Positions 40,598 through 54,470 of a stretch of 64,000 bases of DNA are shown here, in pieces. Below the pieces are notes generated by a model. That model had not been told where the DNA came from, searched no databases, and saw nothing but the letters and a program-made list of their open reading frames with translations. Numbering within the stretch: position 1 is the stretch's first letter; every line of letters begins with the position of its first letter. Source of the stretch: Octopus sinensis (lineage: Eukaryota); assembly GCF_006345805.1 (NCBI RefSeq), contig NC_043026.1:8680001-8744000 (forward strand), in the 5' to 3' direction. The position numbers and the translations under genes are program-made.

Positions 40598-41156
40598 CAG
40601 CAATTAGGGAAGCTCCCAGGGGCATACTGTCTTACCATTCATCTATCCATATTTTCCTCATGGACCCCAGATAATGATCGGGGGACACTGTCAAAGGCTT
40701 CCTCCATGTCAACGAAAGCGAGGGTACAGGGGCTTATCTTTGGCTAGGTATTTCTCCTGCAGCTGTCTTACCAGAAATATAGCATCAGTGGTGCTTTTCC
40801 CTGGCACAAAACCAAATTGGATTTCATCCAAATTGACTCTCTCCCTAATTAGTTGGGCTATGACCCGCTCCCTGACCATCATTACCTGATCCAACAGCTT
40901 GATACCTCTGTAATTATTTGTATCTAAACCATCACCTTTACCTTTGTAGCAGTTGACTATGGTGCTGCTACACCAGTCGTTGAGTATGACTCTTCGTGTA
41001 TCACCTGGTTAACTGTATGGGTGACTAGGCTATAGCCGACACTGCCAGATATTTTGAGCATCTCTGCAGTAATTCCTGATGGGCCGGGGACTTTCCCTGT
41101 CTTCATACTTGTAATTGCCTTATCTATCAAGGTACTGACAACTCAGATAGCTGGTC
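40598..41156 (-). mobile_element. RTE-clade reverse transcriptase fragment (unit A copy, internally deleted)
   Basis: QFGFVPGKSTTDAIFLVRQLQEKY; same outer boundary as the B and C copies. Confidence 0.85.
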
Positions 41157-41212
41157 AGTACATATATATATATATATAAAATCTCATAACAATTCTGCTT
41201 GTCATTGTTACT

Positions 41213-41438
41213 TAACCCTTTCATTACTGTATTTATTTTGAGATGCTCTGTGTTACTTTCAATTACTTTAAATATAACAAAGAATTTAGTAAAATAACTT
41301 AGTTATCATTCAGCTAGTGTTAGGAACATAAATTGTGACTAAGGTTTGGTGGAAGATTTTAACTCAAAACTTATGAGAACAAGACATTTGTACTTAGAGC
41401 CAGAGCCAGTTTCAGCCGGGTTGGTAACGAAAGGGTAA
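41213..41438. mobile_element. piggyBac-like MITE (ttaaccctttc...gaaagggt)
   Basis: TIR ccctttc(a/g)ttac / gtaacgaaaggg. Copies at ~48095, ~54525 and, partial and inverted, 56162-56316. Confidence 0.65.
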
Positions 41439-41769
41439 CACATTCACATGATCAGGGAAAGGGGGAGAGAGAGAAAAAGAGTGAGTGAGAAGCATGAAGT
41501 GTGGCAGGGGAGTACGTAATATGTATTACATGATTAAAAAGTCAGTTCAAAGTGATACAGAAAAGTGTTAGGAATATAATTTCAGTAGAGGGGTGATGTT
41601 CTGATGGTGAGATTAAAAAAAGACAGAAAGAGAGAGGGTGGTGGTGGTGGCGGTGACAATGGTGAGTGCATAGTGAAAAGAAAACTGCTTTTGTTTTTAA
41701 TTGAACTAAGTTTTTTGTAATTACCTATCTATCACTTGACACATGCGCATCCCAAACTTGCCATTCTCT

Positions 41770-41915
41770 TTAGAAAGAAACCAGACTCCTGTTCACCTGT
41801 CATGCAATGACTATCAATAAAGCTTACAAGGGCAGACATTTCATAAAGTGGGGCCATTCTTGCCTGAACCTGTATTCAACCACAGTCAGCTGTATGTTGC
41901 ATTCTGAAGGTCTTG
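41770..41915 (+). mobile_element. Helitron helicase relic, co-duplicated (also 48645-48793 + and 55685-55830 -)
   Basis: AMTINK..GQTFHKVGPFLPEPVFNHSQLYVA. Confidence 0.7.
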
Positions 41916-42735
41916 CAAATGATCTGATGTGAGGGTTAAATTTAACAAGACTGACAAGCACAGGGAAAGAAGAGGGAGAACTTACACAAACAACATAGTC
42001 TGCAAAGAAGTATTCGACTGAAAGGAGTACCGTAAATCCTTGAGTATAATATGCAGGGGATTTTTCGGGAGCTGTACCTCTGAAAAACCTAAACCTTGTG
42101 TATAATACGCACCCCTTCTCTAACTAGAGTCGTGCGTAATTAAGCCAGCAGTACCTAGTCGAACAAACACGTCCGCGCATGCGTAATACAATAATGGTGA
42201 TGTTCTTAACTGTTATATGGGAATGTAAATATATTTGCAAATTGTTTTTGTTACATGTTTTCGGTGTTCTGAATACTTTTATTTTAATAAATGTTGCTTA
42301 CCGCAAGTTATGGATGATTCTTTTATGACTTCATTGCTTTCAAAGGTATTTTCGTGCCCGACATTAGGCAGATGCCAGAGATCCTAGAAGCCATACACAC
42401 ACACACACAGATAGAACGGATTTTATATGAGATGTAATATATAACATCTTATACAAGTTGTTTGTATCAATTTGCTGTCTACACCTGTTGAAATTCTGTG
42501 AAACATTGCAAATATGTTAAAGTAACATTCAGTTTGTTACTAGGCTCATTGAAGTTTAATAAAAAATCTATAATTATATGGCTACGGCCCCTGGAAGGGA
42601 TCCACATATATAACCAATATATTTTCCTTTAACAGACAAGGGAAATACCTCATTCATTTTCCTATAATAAATACCTCTCGATTTATTAAACGAGCTGTAA
42701 CAAAAATGTGGGATAAATTTTCCTTGCAAACAAGC

Positions 42736-43205
42736 AAGATAAAAGCGATTTTGCGAAATATTTGCGTGACGAAGAATTTGTTCTGAGGCTTACGTATTTA
42801 GCAGATATTTTTTCGAAATTAAACGACCTGAATTTGTATTTACAACGAACAGAAGGTATTAGTATATTTGCAATTCATGAGAACATTTGAGGTTTTATGA
42901 AAAAACTTGTCTTCTGGAAAAATTGTATTAACAAGTGAAATTATTACCGTTTTGAAACATTTGAAATTTTTGTAATGGAGAATAAAGCAAAAGTTGATGA
43001 TGGTATAATCATTGAGATATCTGAACACTTGAATAAGTTAAATGAAAGTTTTGAATTTTATTTTCATAAAGTGATGAATACTATACAACAGAAAAGATGG
43101 ATTATGAACCCCTTTCAGTCTGACGTGACGACTGGAATATCAACAAAAGCCGATGAGGAACTTATTGTTTTATCCGAAGACTCTTCCTTGAAAATGACTT
43201 TTAAC
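42736..43205 (+). mobile_element. hAT (Buster/Charlie-type) transposase fragment, unit B (also 49619-50087 in unit C)
   Basis: RLTYLADIFSKLNDLNLYLQ; matches the longer copy at 56647-57304. Confidence 0.8.
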
Positions 43206-43276
43206 ACAGGAATATGGTGTCTCTCCTGAATGAAAATGTTTGTGAGAAGTTAAGCACTACTTTGAGAGAAAGATTT

Positions 43277-43481
43277 AATAATAATAATAATAATAATTGT
43301 GTACAGTGCTCAGGTGCACTACAACTCATCTAAAGTGTATATATAATCAGGTGTAGTTTTGGCGGATTTCGGAAAACATGAGGGCCTTAAAGGATGCAGT
43401 GTCATGGCAGTCAACAACTGACGCAGGCAGTTTATTCCATGCTTCAGCAACTCTGAGCGTGAAAAAATGTTTCCGAAAGTC
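43277..43481 (-). mobile_element. CR1-type LINE 3' end in the ZNF tail of unit B (also 57376-57578 in unit D)
   Basis: [15 protein letters not shown] remnant with an (att)n tail. Empty site in unit C at ~50156-50166. Confidence 0.85.
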
Positions 43482-43493
43482 GTGATATGGTTT

Positions 43494-44441
43494 CTATCCT
43501 ATATGAACAAGTATGTGAGAATTTAAAAGACTTTGGTCAGAGAATGATTTACCACAGACTTCACAGGGATAAGGCTTCTCTCCTGTATGAATACGTATGT
43601 GCGAAGTCAAGTTACCTTTTCGAGAGAATGATTTACCACAAGTGTCAAAGTGAAATAGCTTCTCCACTGTATGAACACTTCTGTGAGAGTTTAAAGCACT
43701 CTGGTCACTCTGTATGAATACGTTTGTGTCTAGTCAAGTTATAACTCTGAGGGAAAGATTTACCACAAATGTCACAGTGAAACAGCTTCTCCCCTGTATG
43801 AACACGTATGTGAGAATTTAAAGCACTTTGGGAACCGAATGATGTACCACAGACATCACAATGAAAAGGCTTCTCTCCTGTATGAATACGTATGTGTGTA
43901 GTCAGGCCACCTTTCTGAAAGAATGATTTACCACAGATGTCACAGTTAAATGGCTTCTTCCCTGTATGAATACGTTGGTGTGTAGTCAAGTTAATTTTTT
44001 TAGAGAATGATTTACCACAGGTGTCACAATGAAATGGATTCTCCCCTGTATGAACAAGTATATGAGAGTTTAAAGCACTCTGGTCAGAGAATGATGTACT
44101 ACAGACATCACAACGATAAGGCTTCTCCCCTGTATGAATACGTCTGTGTCTAGTCAAGTTAAAACTTTGAGGGAAAGATTTACCACAGATGTCGCAGTGA
44201 AATGGCTTCTCCCCTGTATGAACACGTTCGTGTGTAGTCAAGTTACTTATTTTAGAGAATGATTTACCACAGGTGTCACAATGAAATGGATTTTCCCCGT
44301 ATGAACACGTTTGTGCATATTTAAGTGACCCTTTTGTGAGAAAGACTTTTTACAGACATCACAGTCATATGACAGCTTTTGTTTCCCCTCTTCTCTATCT
44401 TCAGGAAAAATCAGTTCCTTTAGATTCTCACTCTTTTCCAT
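43494..44441 (-). pseudogene. C2H2 ZNF pseudogene, unit B
   Basis: 1-bp deletion at ~44301 after finger 1, a ~41-nt deletion at ~43710 relative to unit C, and a C>F finger lesion. Confidence 0.8.
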
Positions 44442-45926
44442 TATTTTTCTTCAAAAATCACAGTATATAATCTTTTTTCACCTTTTCGCTTCCATAGTGT
44501 TTTGTTTACAAATATTTCAGCTGCTGTATTTCTGTCCATTGTTAATTTTGTCCCAAAACATTTTACTAAAATAATCCAAGTTTAATTCTTACACAGATTC
44601 ATCTTGTGGACACTCCAGCCAGTGATATCCAGAAGGTTTGCTAATAACACATTTCAGAGTAAATATATCAGAGGAATTCCACCACAGATTTGTAGAAACA
44701 ATCTTATATATCTGTTCTGTACAATATTTCCATTTTGGTCTTTAAAAGATGATAAATAATGAGAACGTATCTTCAGATATGCCAATGTCATCTGATATTC
44801 TGAAATAATAAAGAAACAACAGTGTAAGATATAGAGGCTATTTTAAAAAATACAGATTCAACATTTCCATAGAGATAAACTCTAGAAATAAACATTTAAC
44901 TGAACAACAGAACTTTTTAATTTATTAATATTTACATCACAAAATCTTGTGTGAAGCTAACATATTTGTAAACTCCAGCTACACATTCACACACACACAC
45001 GTTTATATATATATATACTCTTCCTTGTGTTAGTTGTTTTGACTGTGTCTATACTGGAGCATCATCTTAGAGGGTATTAGTTGATCAAATCAACCCTAGG
45101 ACTTCATTTTTGAGCCTAGTACTTATATTGGCCTCTTTTGTGAAACCACTAAATTATGGCGACATAAACACACCAACACTGGTTATCAAACAGTCACAAA
45201 GACACACAGATATATATATATGTATATACACATAAATACTCATTAATATATATAGGGCTTCTTTCAGTTTCCATTCCAGAAAGCACGCAATCCCCAAAGT
45301 AAAAAAACCCAGGATTTTATAACATTCAGAGTTCGGAAATGTCCTTTGAAATAATTCTGTCTAAAACCTACAATAATTTCAGTTGAAATATTCCTAAGCA
45401 ACGTCAATAGTGAGAAAATAAGGCGAAATTACTCATTTTGCCCCGCTTACTAATTTCTTCCCGATCCCGATACCAAGAAACAAACATTCGATGACTCATA
45501 ATAAAGTATTCTTTATAACATCCCACGGAAGTTTCCAGCAGAGTTCTGGAATGTCGTTTAGAATAACTCTGGCTAAAACCTACAATAAATTCAGTTGAAA
45601 TCTTTCTAACCAATGTCATAATGGTGAGAGAATAAGGAGAAATTACTCATTTTGCCCCACCTAACTATTTTGTCCCCTTCCCTGTATCAAGTGACAAACA
45701 TTCGATAGATTATAATAAAGCATTGGATTCTCAGCATTTCTGTGGTTGGAATGTATTTTAAGAACATTTCTCCACCTAAAACACACAACAAACAAACTTA
45801 AAGAAGAAACGATGGAGCGTGTAGGAGGTTGCCGCCATAGCTAGAAATAGCAGCCAAATGTGGAACAGATCAAAGGACATCTGAGACACCAAAGTATTAA
45901 AAGATTAAATGTTTTCGTTGTTTAAT

Positions 45927-46096
45927 ACTTACGGAAATGTCTTTATAAAGGATGGTGTTGTTGTTATGAGTGCATCAGGTGGGAGAGAAATGTATTATAA
46001 ATGTGTTTCGGAGTTAATTGAGAGAAATTCTGGCGCCAAACAAAGCTTGTCAAGATGTAATGAATGGAAGCGGAAATAGGTTTAGTGCGCATGCGT
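45927..46096 (-). promoter_or_regulatory. Promoter plus exon 1 module, unit B
   Basis: tgcgcatgcgt at 46086-46096, donor at 45927-45932. Confidence 0.6.
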
Positions 46097-46774
46097 ATGT
46101 AATAGTTGCGCGTGATATTCACATTTTGGCACAAGTCCAGCAATTTCAGGGGAGGGGAGGGTGCGTAAGTCGATTACCGCGGACCTCAGTTGTTAACTGG
46201 TATTTATTTTATTGAACCCCAGCAAAAAGGTGAAAGGCAAACTTTATTTGGATCTTTTAGCTTTGACCGACAGATTTTTAAAATAATTTCTTTTTAACTA
46301 AAAAAATTTAAACTTCGTATACTGTAGAATGTGATACATAAAACATCTTTTTCTCTTGGCTTTCTTGAGAAAATTCTGTAGTTTGTAAGCTATTTGTTCT
46401 TTAATTTCGGCAATTTCAACCAATCAATGACGTCTATTGAGGTGAATACAATTTCTGCCGTAGTTTCTCAACAACTTCCTGCACAGATACACACATTACA
46501 TATGATATATTCGTTTAAGAATCAGATTGGGGATCTTTTCGGTTTGAACGGCAGTTTTTTTAAATAATTTCCACGTAACTAAACACTTTTAAACTTCGTA
46601 TTCTGGTAGAATGTGTTTATAAAACATCTTTTTCTCGTGGCTTTCTTGAGAAAATTCTGTAGTTTGTAAGGTATTTGTTCTTTAATTTCTTGCATTTCGG
46701 CAATTTCAACCAATCAATGACGTCTATTGAGGTGAATACAATCTGTCCGGATCTTTGTCAACAACAATTTTTTG

Positions 46775-47520
46775 CGCTGTCAGCAATTAGAGCAAAGTCA
46801 TCAGCATAGGGAAGCTCCCAGGGTCATACTGTCTTGAATTCCTCCGTTATTACCTGGAGGACTATGATAAATAGGAGGGGGCTGAGGACTGAACCTTGGT
46901 GGACCCCTACATCTACCCTGAATTCTTCAGCGTACTCGTTGCCAACCCTAACCTTAAGTGCAGCATCCCGTACATGGCTTGCACGGCTCTCACTGACCAT
47001 TCATCTATCCCTAGATTCCTCATTGACCACCAGATAAGTGATCGGGGGACCCTGTCAAAAGCTTTCTCCATGTCAACGAAAGCGAGGTACAGGGGCTTAT
47101 CTTTGGCTAGGTATTTCTCCTGCAGCTGTCTTACCAGAAATATAGCATCAGTGGTGCTTTTCCCTGGCACGAAACCAAACTGCATTTCATCCAAACTGAC
47201 TCTCTCCCTAATTAGTTGGGCTATGACCCTCTCCGTGACCATCATTATCTGATCCAACAACTTTATACCTCTGTAATTATTTGTATCTAAACCATCACCT
47301 TTACCTTTGTAGCAGTTGACTATGGTGCTGCTACACCAGTCGTTGGGTATGACTCCTTCATGTATCACCTGGTTAACTGTACGGGTGACTAGGCTATAGC
47401 CGACACTGCCAGATATTTTGAGCATCACTGCAGTAATTCCTGATGGGCCGGGGACTTTCTCTCTCTTCATACTTGTAATTGCCTTATCTATCGAGGTACT
47501 GTCAACTCAGATAGCTGGTC
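46775..47520 (-). mobile_element. RTE-clade reverse transcriptase fragment through the YADD motif (unit B)
   Basis: ORF 46913-47470 plus PWELPYADDFALIADS at ~46830-46780. Confidence 0.9.
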
Positions 47521-47540
47521 AGGACATATATATATATATA

Positions 47541-48052
47541 CTAGCAGTATCGCCCGGCGTTGCTCGGGTTTGTAAGGGAAATAACTATATAAGCATTTTT
47601 AGAGAGTTACTTCCCTTATAGATGCCAATTCGGGCTTTCTTAGCCATTTCTGTTTTGGTGTCTTCAAGCCATGAAGTCGTTGTTCTAAAAGAACGCTGGT
47701 CTTCTTGACAACGCTTTACGACGTTGATTTCTTTACACTCCCTTCCCCACAGCTTCACGAGGGAGGGAAGGGGGAGAAGCAAACAGGTGCAGCTGTGAGC
47801 GTGGACGCCAACTCCGCCGCCATCGACACACGATGCATTTTATGCATTAAAATGGAATAAAAAATTATGTTAAATTATTCTTTAAATTGTAGACTCATTG
47901 TAGACGCGCGCTAATACTCAGATGGGCTTGATATGAATCACGACTATAAGATACCCGAATTTGGTTAAACTGCACCGCAAAATGTGGGAGTAGTTAGGAA
48001 TCTAAATCGAAGGGGACAGACACTCACACAACTACAGTTTTATATATATAGA
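47541..48052 (-). mobile_element. Non-autonomous Helitron-like element inserted in (TA)n, unit B only
   Basis: Near-identical to 10303-10817; absent at the equivalent sites ~41165 and ~54480. Confidence 0.78.
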
Positions 48053-50177
48053 TATATATAAAATCTCATAACAATTCCGCTTGTCATTGTTACTTAACCC
48101 TTTCATTACTGTATTTATTTTGAGATGCTCTGTGTTACTTTCAATTACTTTAAATATAACAAAGAATTTAGTAAAATAACTTAGTTATCATTCAGCTAGT
48201 GTTAGGAACATAAATTGTGACTAAGGTTCGGTGGAAGATTTTAACTCAAAACTTATGAGAACAAGACATTTGTACTTAGAGCCAGAGCCAGTTTCAGCCG
48301 GGTTGGTAACGAAAGGGTAACACATTCACATGATCAGGGAAAGGGGGAGAGAGAGAAAAAGAGTGAGTGAGAAGCATGAAGTGTGGCAGGGGAGTACGTA
48401 ATATGTATTACATGATTAAAAAGCCAGTTCAAAGTGATACAGAAAAGTGTTACGAATATAATTTCAGTAGAGGGGTGATGTTCTGATGGTAAGATTAAAA
48501 AAAGACAGAAAGAGAGAGGGTGGTGGTGGTGGTGGTGACAATGGTGAGTGCATAGCGAAAAGAAAACTGCTTTTGTTTTTAATTGAACTAAGTTTTTTGT
48601 ATTACCTATCACTTGACACATACGCATCCCAAACTTGCCATTCTCTTTAGAAAGAAACCAGACTCCTGTTCACCTGTCATGCAATGACTATCAATAAAGC
48701 TTACAAGGGCAGACATTTCATAAAGTGGGGCCATTCTCTCCTGAACCTGTATTCAACCATGGTCAGCTGTATGTTGCATTCTGAAGGTCTCGCAAATGAT
48801 CTGATGTGAGGGTTAAATTTAACAAGACTGACAAGCACAGGGAAAGAAGAGGGAGAACTTACACAAACAACATAGTCTGCAAAGAAGTATTCGACTGAAA
48901 GGCGTACCGTAAATCCTTGAGTATAATATGCAGGGGATTTTTAGGGAGCTGTACCACTGAGAAACCTAAACCTTGTGTATAATACACACCCCTTCTCTAA
49001 CTAGAGTCGTGCGTAATTAAGCCAGCAGTACCTAGTCGAACAAACACTTCCGCGCATGCGTAATACAATAATGGTGATGTTCTTAACTGTTATATGGAAA
49101 TGTAAATATGTTTGCAAATTGTTTTTGTTACATGTTTTCTGTGTTCTGAATACTTTTATTTTAATAAATGTTGCTTACCGCAAGTTATGGATGATTCTTT
49201 TATGACTTCATTGCTTTCAAAGGTATTTTCGTGCCCGACATTAGGCAGATGCCAGAGATCCTAGAAGCCATACACACACACACACACACGCAGATAGAAT
49301 GGATTTTATATGAGATGTAATATATAACATCTTATACAAGTTGTTTGTATCAATTTGCTGTCTACACCTGTTAAAATTCTGTGAAACATTGCAAATATGT
49401 TAAAGTAACATTCAGTTTGTTACTAGGCTCATTGAAGTTTAATAAAAAATCTATAATTATATGGCTACGGCCCCTGGAAGGGATCCACATATATAACCAA
49501 TATATTTTCCTTTAACAGACAAGGGAAATACCTCATTCATTTTCCTATAATAAATACCTCTCGATTTATTAAACGAGCTGTAACAAAAATGTGGGATAAA
49601 TTTTCCTTGCAAACAAGCAAGATAAAAGCGATTTTGCGAAATATTTGCGTGACGAAGAATTTGTTCTGCGGCTTACGTATTTAGCAGATATTTTTTCGAA
49701 ATTAAACGACCTGAATTTGTATTTACAACGAACAGAAGGTATTAGTATATTTGCAATTTATGAGAACATTCGAGGTTTTATGAAAAAACTTGTCTTCTGG
49801 AAAATTGTATTAACAAGTGAAATTATTACCGTTTTGAAACATTTGAAATTTTTGTAATGGAGAATAAAGCAAAAGTTGATGATGGTATAATCATTGAGAT
49901 ATCTGAACACTTGAATAAGTTAAATGAAAGTTTTGAATTTTATTTTCATAAAGTGATGAATACTATACAACAGAAAAGATGGATTATGAACCCCTTTCAG
50001 TCTGACGTGACGACTGGAATATCAACAAAAGCCGATGAGGAACTTATTGTTTTATCCGAAGACTCTTCCTTGAAAATGACTTTTAACACAGGAATATGGT
50101 GTCTCTCCTGAATGAAAATGTTTGTGAGAAGTTAAGCACTACTTTGAGAGAAGGATTTACTATAAATGATATGGTTT

Positions 50178-51671
50178 CTATCCTATATGATCAAGTATGT
50201 GAGAATTTAAAACACTTCGGTCAGAGAATGATGTACGACAGACATCACAGTGATATGGCTTCTCTCCTGTATGAATACGTATGTGCGTAGTCAAGTTACC
50301 TTTTCGAGAGAATGACTTACCACAAGTGTCACAGTGAAATAACTTCTCCCCTGTATGAACACTTATGTGAGAGTTTAAAGCACTCTGGTCACAGAATGAT
50401 GTACCACAGACATCACAGTGATAAGGCTTCTCCCCTGTATGAATACGTTTGTGTCTAGTCAAGTTATTACTCTGAGGGAAGGATTTACCACAAATGTCAC
50501 AGTGAAACGGCTTCTCCCCTGTATGAACACGTATGTGATAATTTAAAGCACTTCGGTCAGAGAATGATTTACCACAGATATCACAGTGATAAGGCTTCTC
50601 TCCAGTATGAATACGTATGTGTGTAGTCAGGCTACCTTTCTGAAAGAATGATTTACCACAAATGTCACAGTGAAATGGCTTCTTCCCTGTATGAAAACGC
50701 ATGTGCGAATTAAAGGCACTTCGCTGAGAGAATGATGTACCACAGACACCACAGTGATAAGGCTTCTCTCCTGTATGAATACGTTTGTGTGTAGTCAAAC
50801 TACCTTTTTGAAGGAACGATTTACCACAGATGTCACAGTGAAATGGTTTCTCCCCCGTATGAAAACGCATGTGCGAATTAAAAGCACTTCGGCCAAGGAA
50901 TGATGCAAAACAGACATCACAGTGATATGGCTTCTTCCCTGTATGAATAAGTTCGTGTGTAGTCAAGCTACCTTTTCGAGAGAATGATTTACCACAAACG
51001 TTACAGTGAAATAGCCTCTCCCCTGTATGAACAAGTATGTGAGAGTTTAAAGCACTCTGGTCAGAGAATGATGTACCACAGACATCACAACGATAAGGCT
51101 TCTCCCCTGTATGAATACGTTTGTGTCTAGTCAAGTTATTATTTTGAGGGAAAGATTTACCACAGATGTCGCAGTGAAATGGCTTCTCCCCTGTATGAAT
51201 ACGTTGGTGTGTAGTCAAGTTAATTTTTTTAGAGAATGATTTACCACAGGTGTCACAATGAAATGGATTCTCCCCTCTATGAACAAGTATATGAGAGTTT
51301 AAAGCAGTCTGGTCAGAGAATGATGTACCACAGACATCACAACGATAAGGCTTCTCCCCTGTATGAATACGTTTGTGTCTAGTCAAGTTATTACTTTGAG
51401 GGAAAGATTTACCGCAGATGTCACAGTGAAACGGCTTCTCCCCTGTATGAATACGTTGGTGTGTAGTCAAGTTAATTTTTTTAGAGAATGATTTACCACA
51501 GGTGTCACAATGAAATGGATTCTCCCCTGTATGAACGCGTTTGTGCATATTTAAGTGACCCTTTTGTGAGAAAGACTTTTTACAGACATCACAGTCATAT
51601 GACAGTTTTTGTTTCCCCTCTTCTCTATCTTCAGGAAAAATCAGTTCCTTTAGATTCTCACTCTTTTCCAT
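50178..51671 (-). CDS. C2H2 zinc-finger protein, unit C (17 fingers, 497 aa)
   Basis: MEKSEN leader and an open finger array. Confidence 0.92.
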   Translation of the reverse strand: MEKSENLKELIFPEDREEGKQKLSYDCDVCKKSFSQKGHLNMHKRVHTGENPFHCDTCGKSFSKKINLTTHQRIHTGEKPFHCDICGKSFPQSNNLTRHKRIHTGEKPYRCDVCGTSFSDQTALNSHILVHRGENPFHCDTCGKSFSKKINLTTHQRIHTGEKPFHCDICGKSFPQNNNLTRHKRIHTGEKPYRCDVCGTSFSDQSALNSHILVHTGERLFHCNVCGKSFSRKGSLTTHELIHTGKKPYHCDVCFASFLGRSAFNSHMRFHTGEKPFHCDICGKSFLQKGSLTTHKRIHTGEKPYHCGVCGTSFSQRSAFNSHMRFHTGKKPFHCDICGKSFFQKGSLTTHIRIHTGEKPYHCDICGKSFSDRSALNYHIRVHTGEKPFHCDICGKSFPQSNNLTRHKRIHTGEKPYHCDVCGTSFCDQSALNSHISVHTGEKLFHCDTCGKSFSRKGNLTTHIRIHTGEKPYHCDVCRTSFSDRSVLNSHILDHIG

Positions 51672-53154
51672 TATTTTTCTTCAAAAATCACAGTATATAA
51701 TCTTTTTTCACCTTTTTGATTCTATAGTCTTTTGTTTACAAATATTTCAACTGCTGTATTTCTGTCCATTGTTAATTTTGTCCCAAAACATTTTACTAAA
51801 ATAATCCAAGTTTAATTCTTACACAGATTCATCTTGTGGACACTCCAGCCAGTGATATCCAGAAGGTTTGCTAATAACACATTTCAGAGTAAATATATCA
51901 GAGGAATTCCACCACAGATTTGTAGAAACAATCTTATATATCTGTTTTGTACAATATTTCCATTTTGGTCTTTAAAAGATGATAAATAATGAGAATGTAT
52001 CTTCAGTTATGCCAATGTCATCTGATATTCTGAAATAATAAAGAAACAACAGTGTAAGATATAGAGGCTACTTAAAAAAATACAGATTCAATATTTCCAT
52101 AAAGATTAACTCTAGAAATAAACATTTAACTGAACAACAGAACTTTTTAATTTATTAATATTTACATCACAAAATCCTGTTTGAAGCTAACATATTTGTA
52201 AACTCCAGCTACACATTCACACACACACACGTTTATGTATATATATACTCTTCCTTGTGTTAGTTGTTTTGACTGTGGCTATACTGGAGCATCATCTTAG
52301 AGGGTATTAGTTGATCAAATCAACCCTAGGACTTCATTTTTGAGCCTAGTACTTATATTGGCCTCTTTTGTGAAACCACTAAATTATGGGGACATAAACA
52401 CACCAACACTGGTTATCAAACAGTCACAAAGACACACAGATATATATATATATATATATATGTATATACACATAAATACTTATCAATATACATATATATA
52501 GGGCTTCTTTCAGTTTCCATTCCAGAAAGCACGCGATCCCCAAAGTAAAAAAACACAGGATTTTACAACATTCAGAGTTTTGAAATGCCCTTCGGAATAA
52601 TTCTGGCTAAAATCTACAATGATTTCAGTTGAAATCCTTACAGCCAATGTCAATGGCTAGAGAATAAGGCGAAATTACTCATTTTGCCCCGCTTACTAAG
52701 TTCTTCCCTTCCCGATACCAAGAAACAAACATTCGATGACTTATAATAAAGTATTCTTTATAACATCCCACGGAAGTTTCCAGCAGAGTTCTGAAATGTC
52801 GTTTAGAATAATTCTGGCTAAAACCTACAATAAATTCAGTTGAAATCTCTCTAAGCAATGTCACAATGGTGAGAGAATAAGGAGAAATTACTCATTTTGC
52901 CCCACCTAACTATTTTGTCCCTTTCCCTGTATCAAGTGACAAACATTCGATAAATTATAATAAAGCATTGGTTTCTCAGCATTTCTGTGGTTGGAGTTTA
53001 TTTTAAGAACATTTCTCCAACTAAAACACACAACAAACAAACTTAAAGAAGAAACGATGGAGCCATAGCTAGAAATAGCAGCCAAATGTGGAACAGATCA
53101 AAGGACATCTGAGACACCAAAGTATTAAAAGATTAAATGTTTTCGTTGTTTAAT

Positions 53155-53324
53155 ACTTACGGAAATGTCTTTATAAAGGATGGTGTTGTTGTTATGAGTG
53201 CATCAGGTGGGAGAGAAATGTATTACAAATGTGTTTGGGAGTGAATTGAGAGAAATTCTGGCGCCAAACAAAGCTTGTCAAGATGTAATGAATGGAAGCG
53301 GAAATAGGTTTAGTGCGCATGCGT
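53155..53324 (-). promoter_or_regulatory. Promoter plus exon 1 module, unit C
   Basis: tgcgcatgcgt at 53314-53324, donor at 53155-53160. Confidence 0.6.
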
Positions 53325-53719
53325 ATGTAATAGTTGCGCGTGATATTCACATTTTGGCACAAGGCCAGCAATTTCAGGGGAGGGGAGGGTGCGTAAGTCG
53401 ATTACCGCGGACCTCAGTTGTTAACTGGTATTTATTTTATTGAACCCCAGCAAAGAGGTGAAAGGCAAACTTTATTTGGATCTTTTCGCTTTGACCGACA
53501 GATTTTTAAATAATTTCCACGTAACTAAACACTTTTAAACTTCGTATACTGGTAGAATGTGTTACATAAAACATCTTTTTCTCTTGGCTTTATTGAGAAA
53601 ATTATGTAGTTTGTAAGCTATTTGTTCTTTAATTTCTTGCATTTCGGCAATTTCAACCAATCAATGACGTCTATTGAGGTGAATACAATCTGTCCGGATC
53701 TTTGTCAACAACAATTTTT

Positions 53720-54470
53720 TGCGCTGTCAGCAATTAGAGCAAAGTCATCAGCATAGAGGAGCTCCCAGGGGCATACTATCTTGAATTCCTCCGTTATTAC
53801 CTGGAGGACTATGATAAATAGGAGGGGGCTGAGGACTTAACCTTGGTGGACTCCTACCTCTATCCTGAATTCTTCAGTGTACTCGTTGCCAACCCTAACC
53901 TTAAGTGCAGCATCCCTGTACATGGCTTGCACGGTTCTCACTAACCATTCATCTATCCCTAGTTTCCTCATTGACCACCAGATGAGTGATCAGGGGACCC
54001 TGTCAAAGGCTTTCTCCATGTCAACGAAAGCGAGGTACAGGTGCTTATCTTTGGCTAGGTATATCTCCTGCAGCTGTCTTACCAGAAATATAGCATCAGT
54101 GGTGCTTTTCCCTGGCACGAATCCAAACTGCATTTCATCCAAACTGACTCTCTCCCTAATTAGTTGGGCTATGACCCACTCCCTGACCATCATTACCTGA
54201 TCCAACAACTTGATACCTCTGTATTTATTTGTATCTAAACCATCACCTTTACCTTTGTAGCAGTTGACTATGGTGCTGCTACACCAGTCGTTGGGTATGA
54301 CTCCTTCGTGTATCACCTGGTTAACTGTACGGGTGACTAGGCTATAGCCGACACTGCCAGATATTTTGAGCATCTCTGCAGTAATTCCTGATGGGCCGGG
54401 GACTTTCCCTGTCTTCATACTTGTAATTGCCTTATCTATCGAGGTACTGACAACTCGGATAGCTGGTCAG
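53720..54470 (-). mobile_element. RTE-clade reverse transcriptase fragment (unit C)
   Basis: ORF 53990-54418; the YADD codons (catcagcata) lie at ~53745. Confidence 0.88.
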
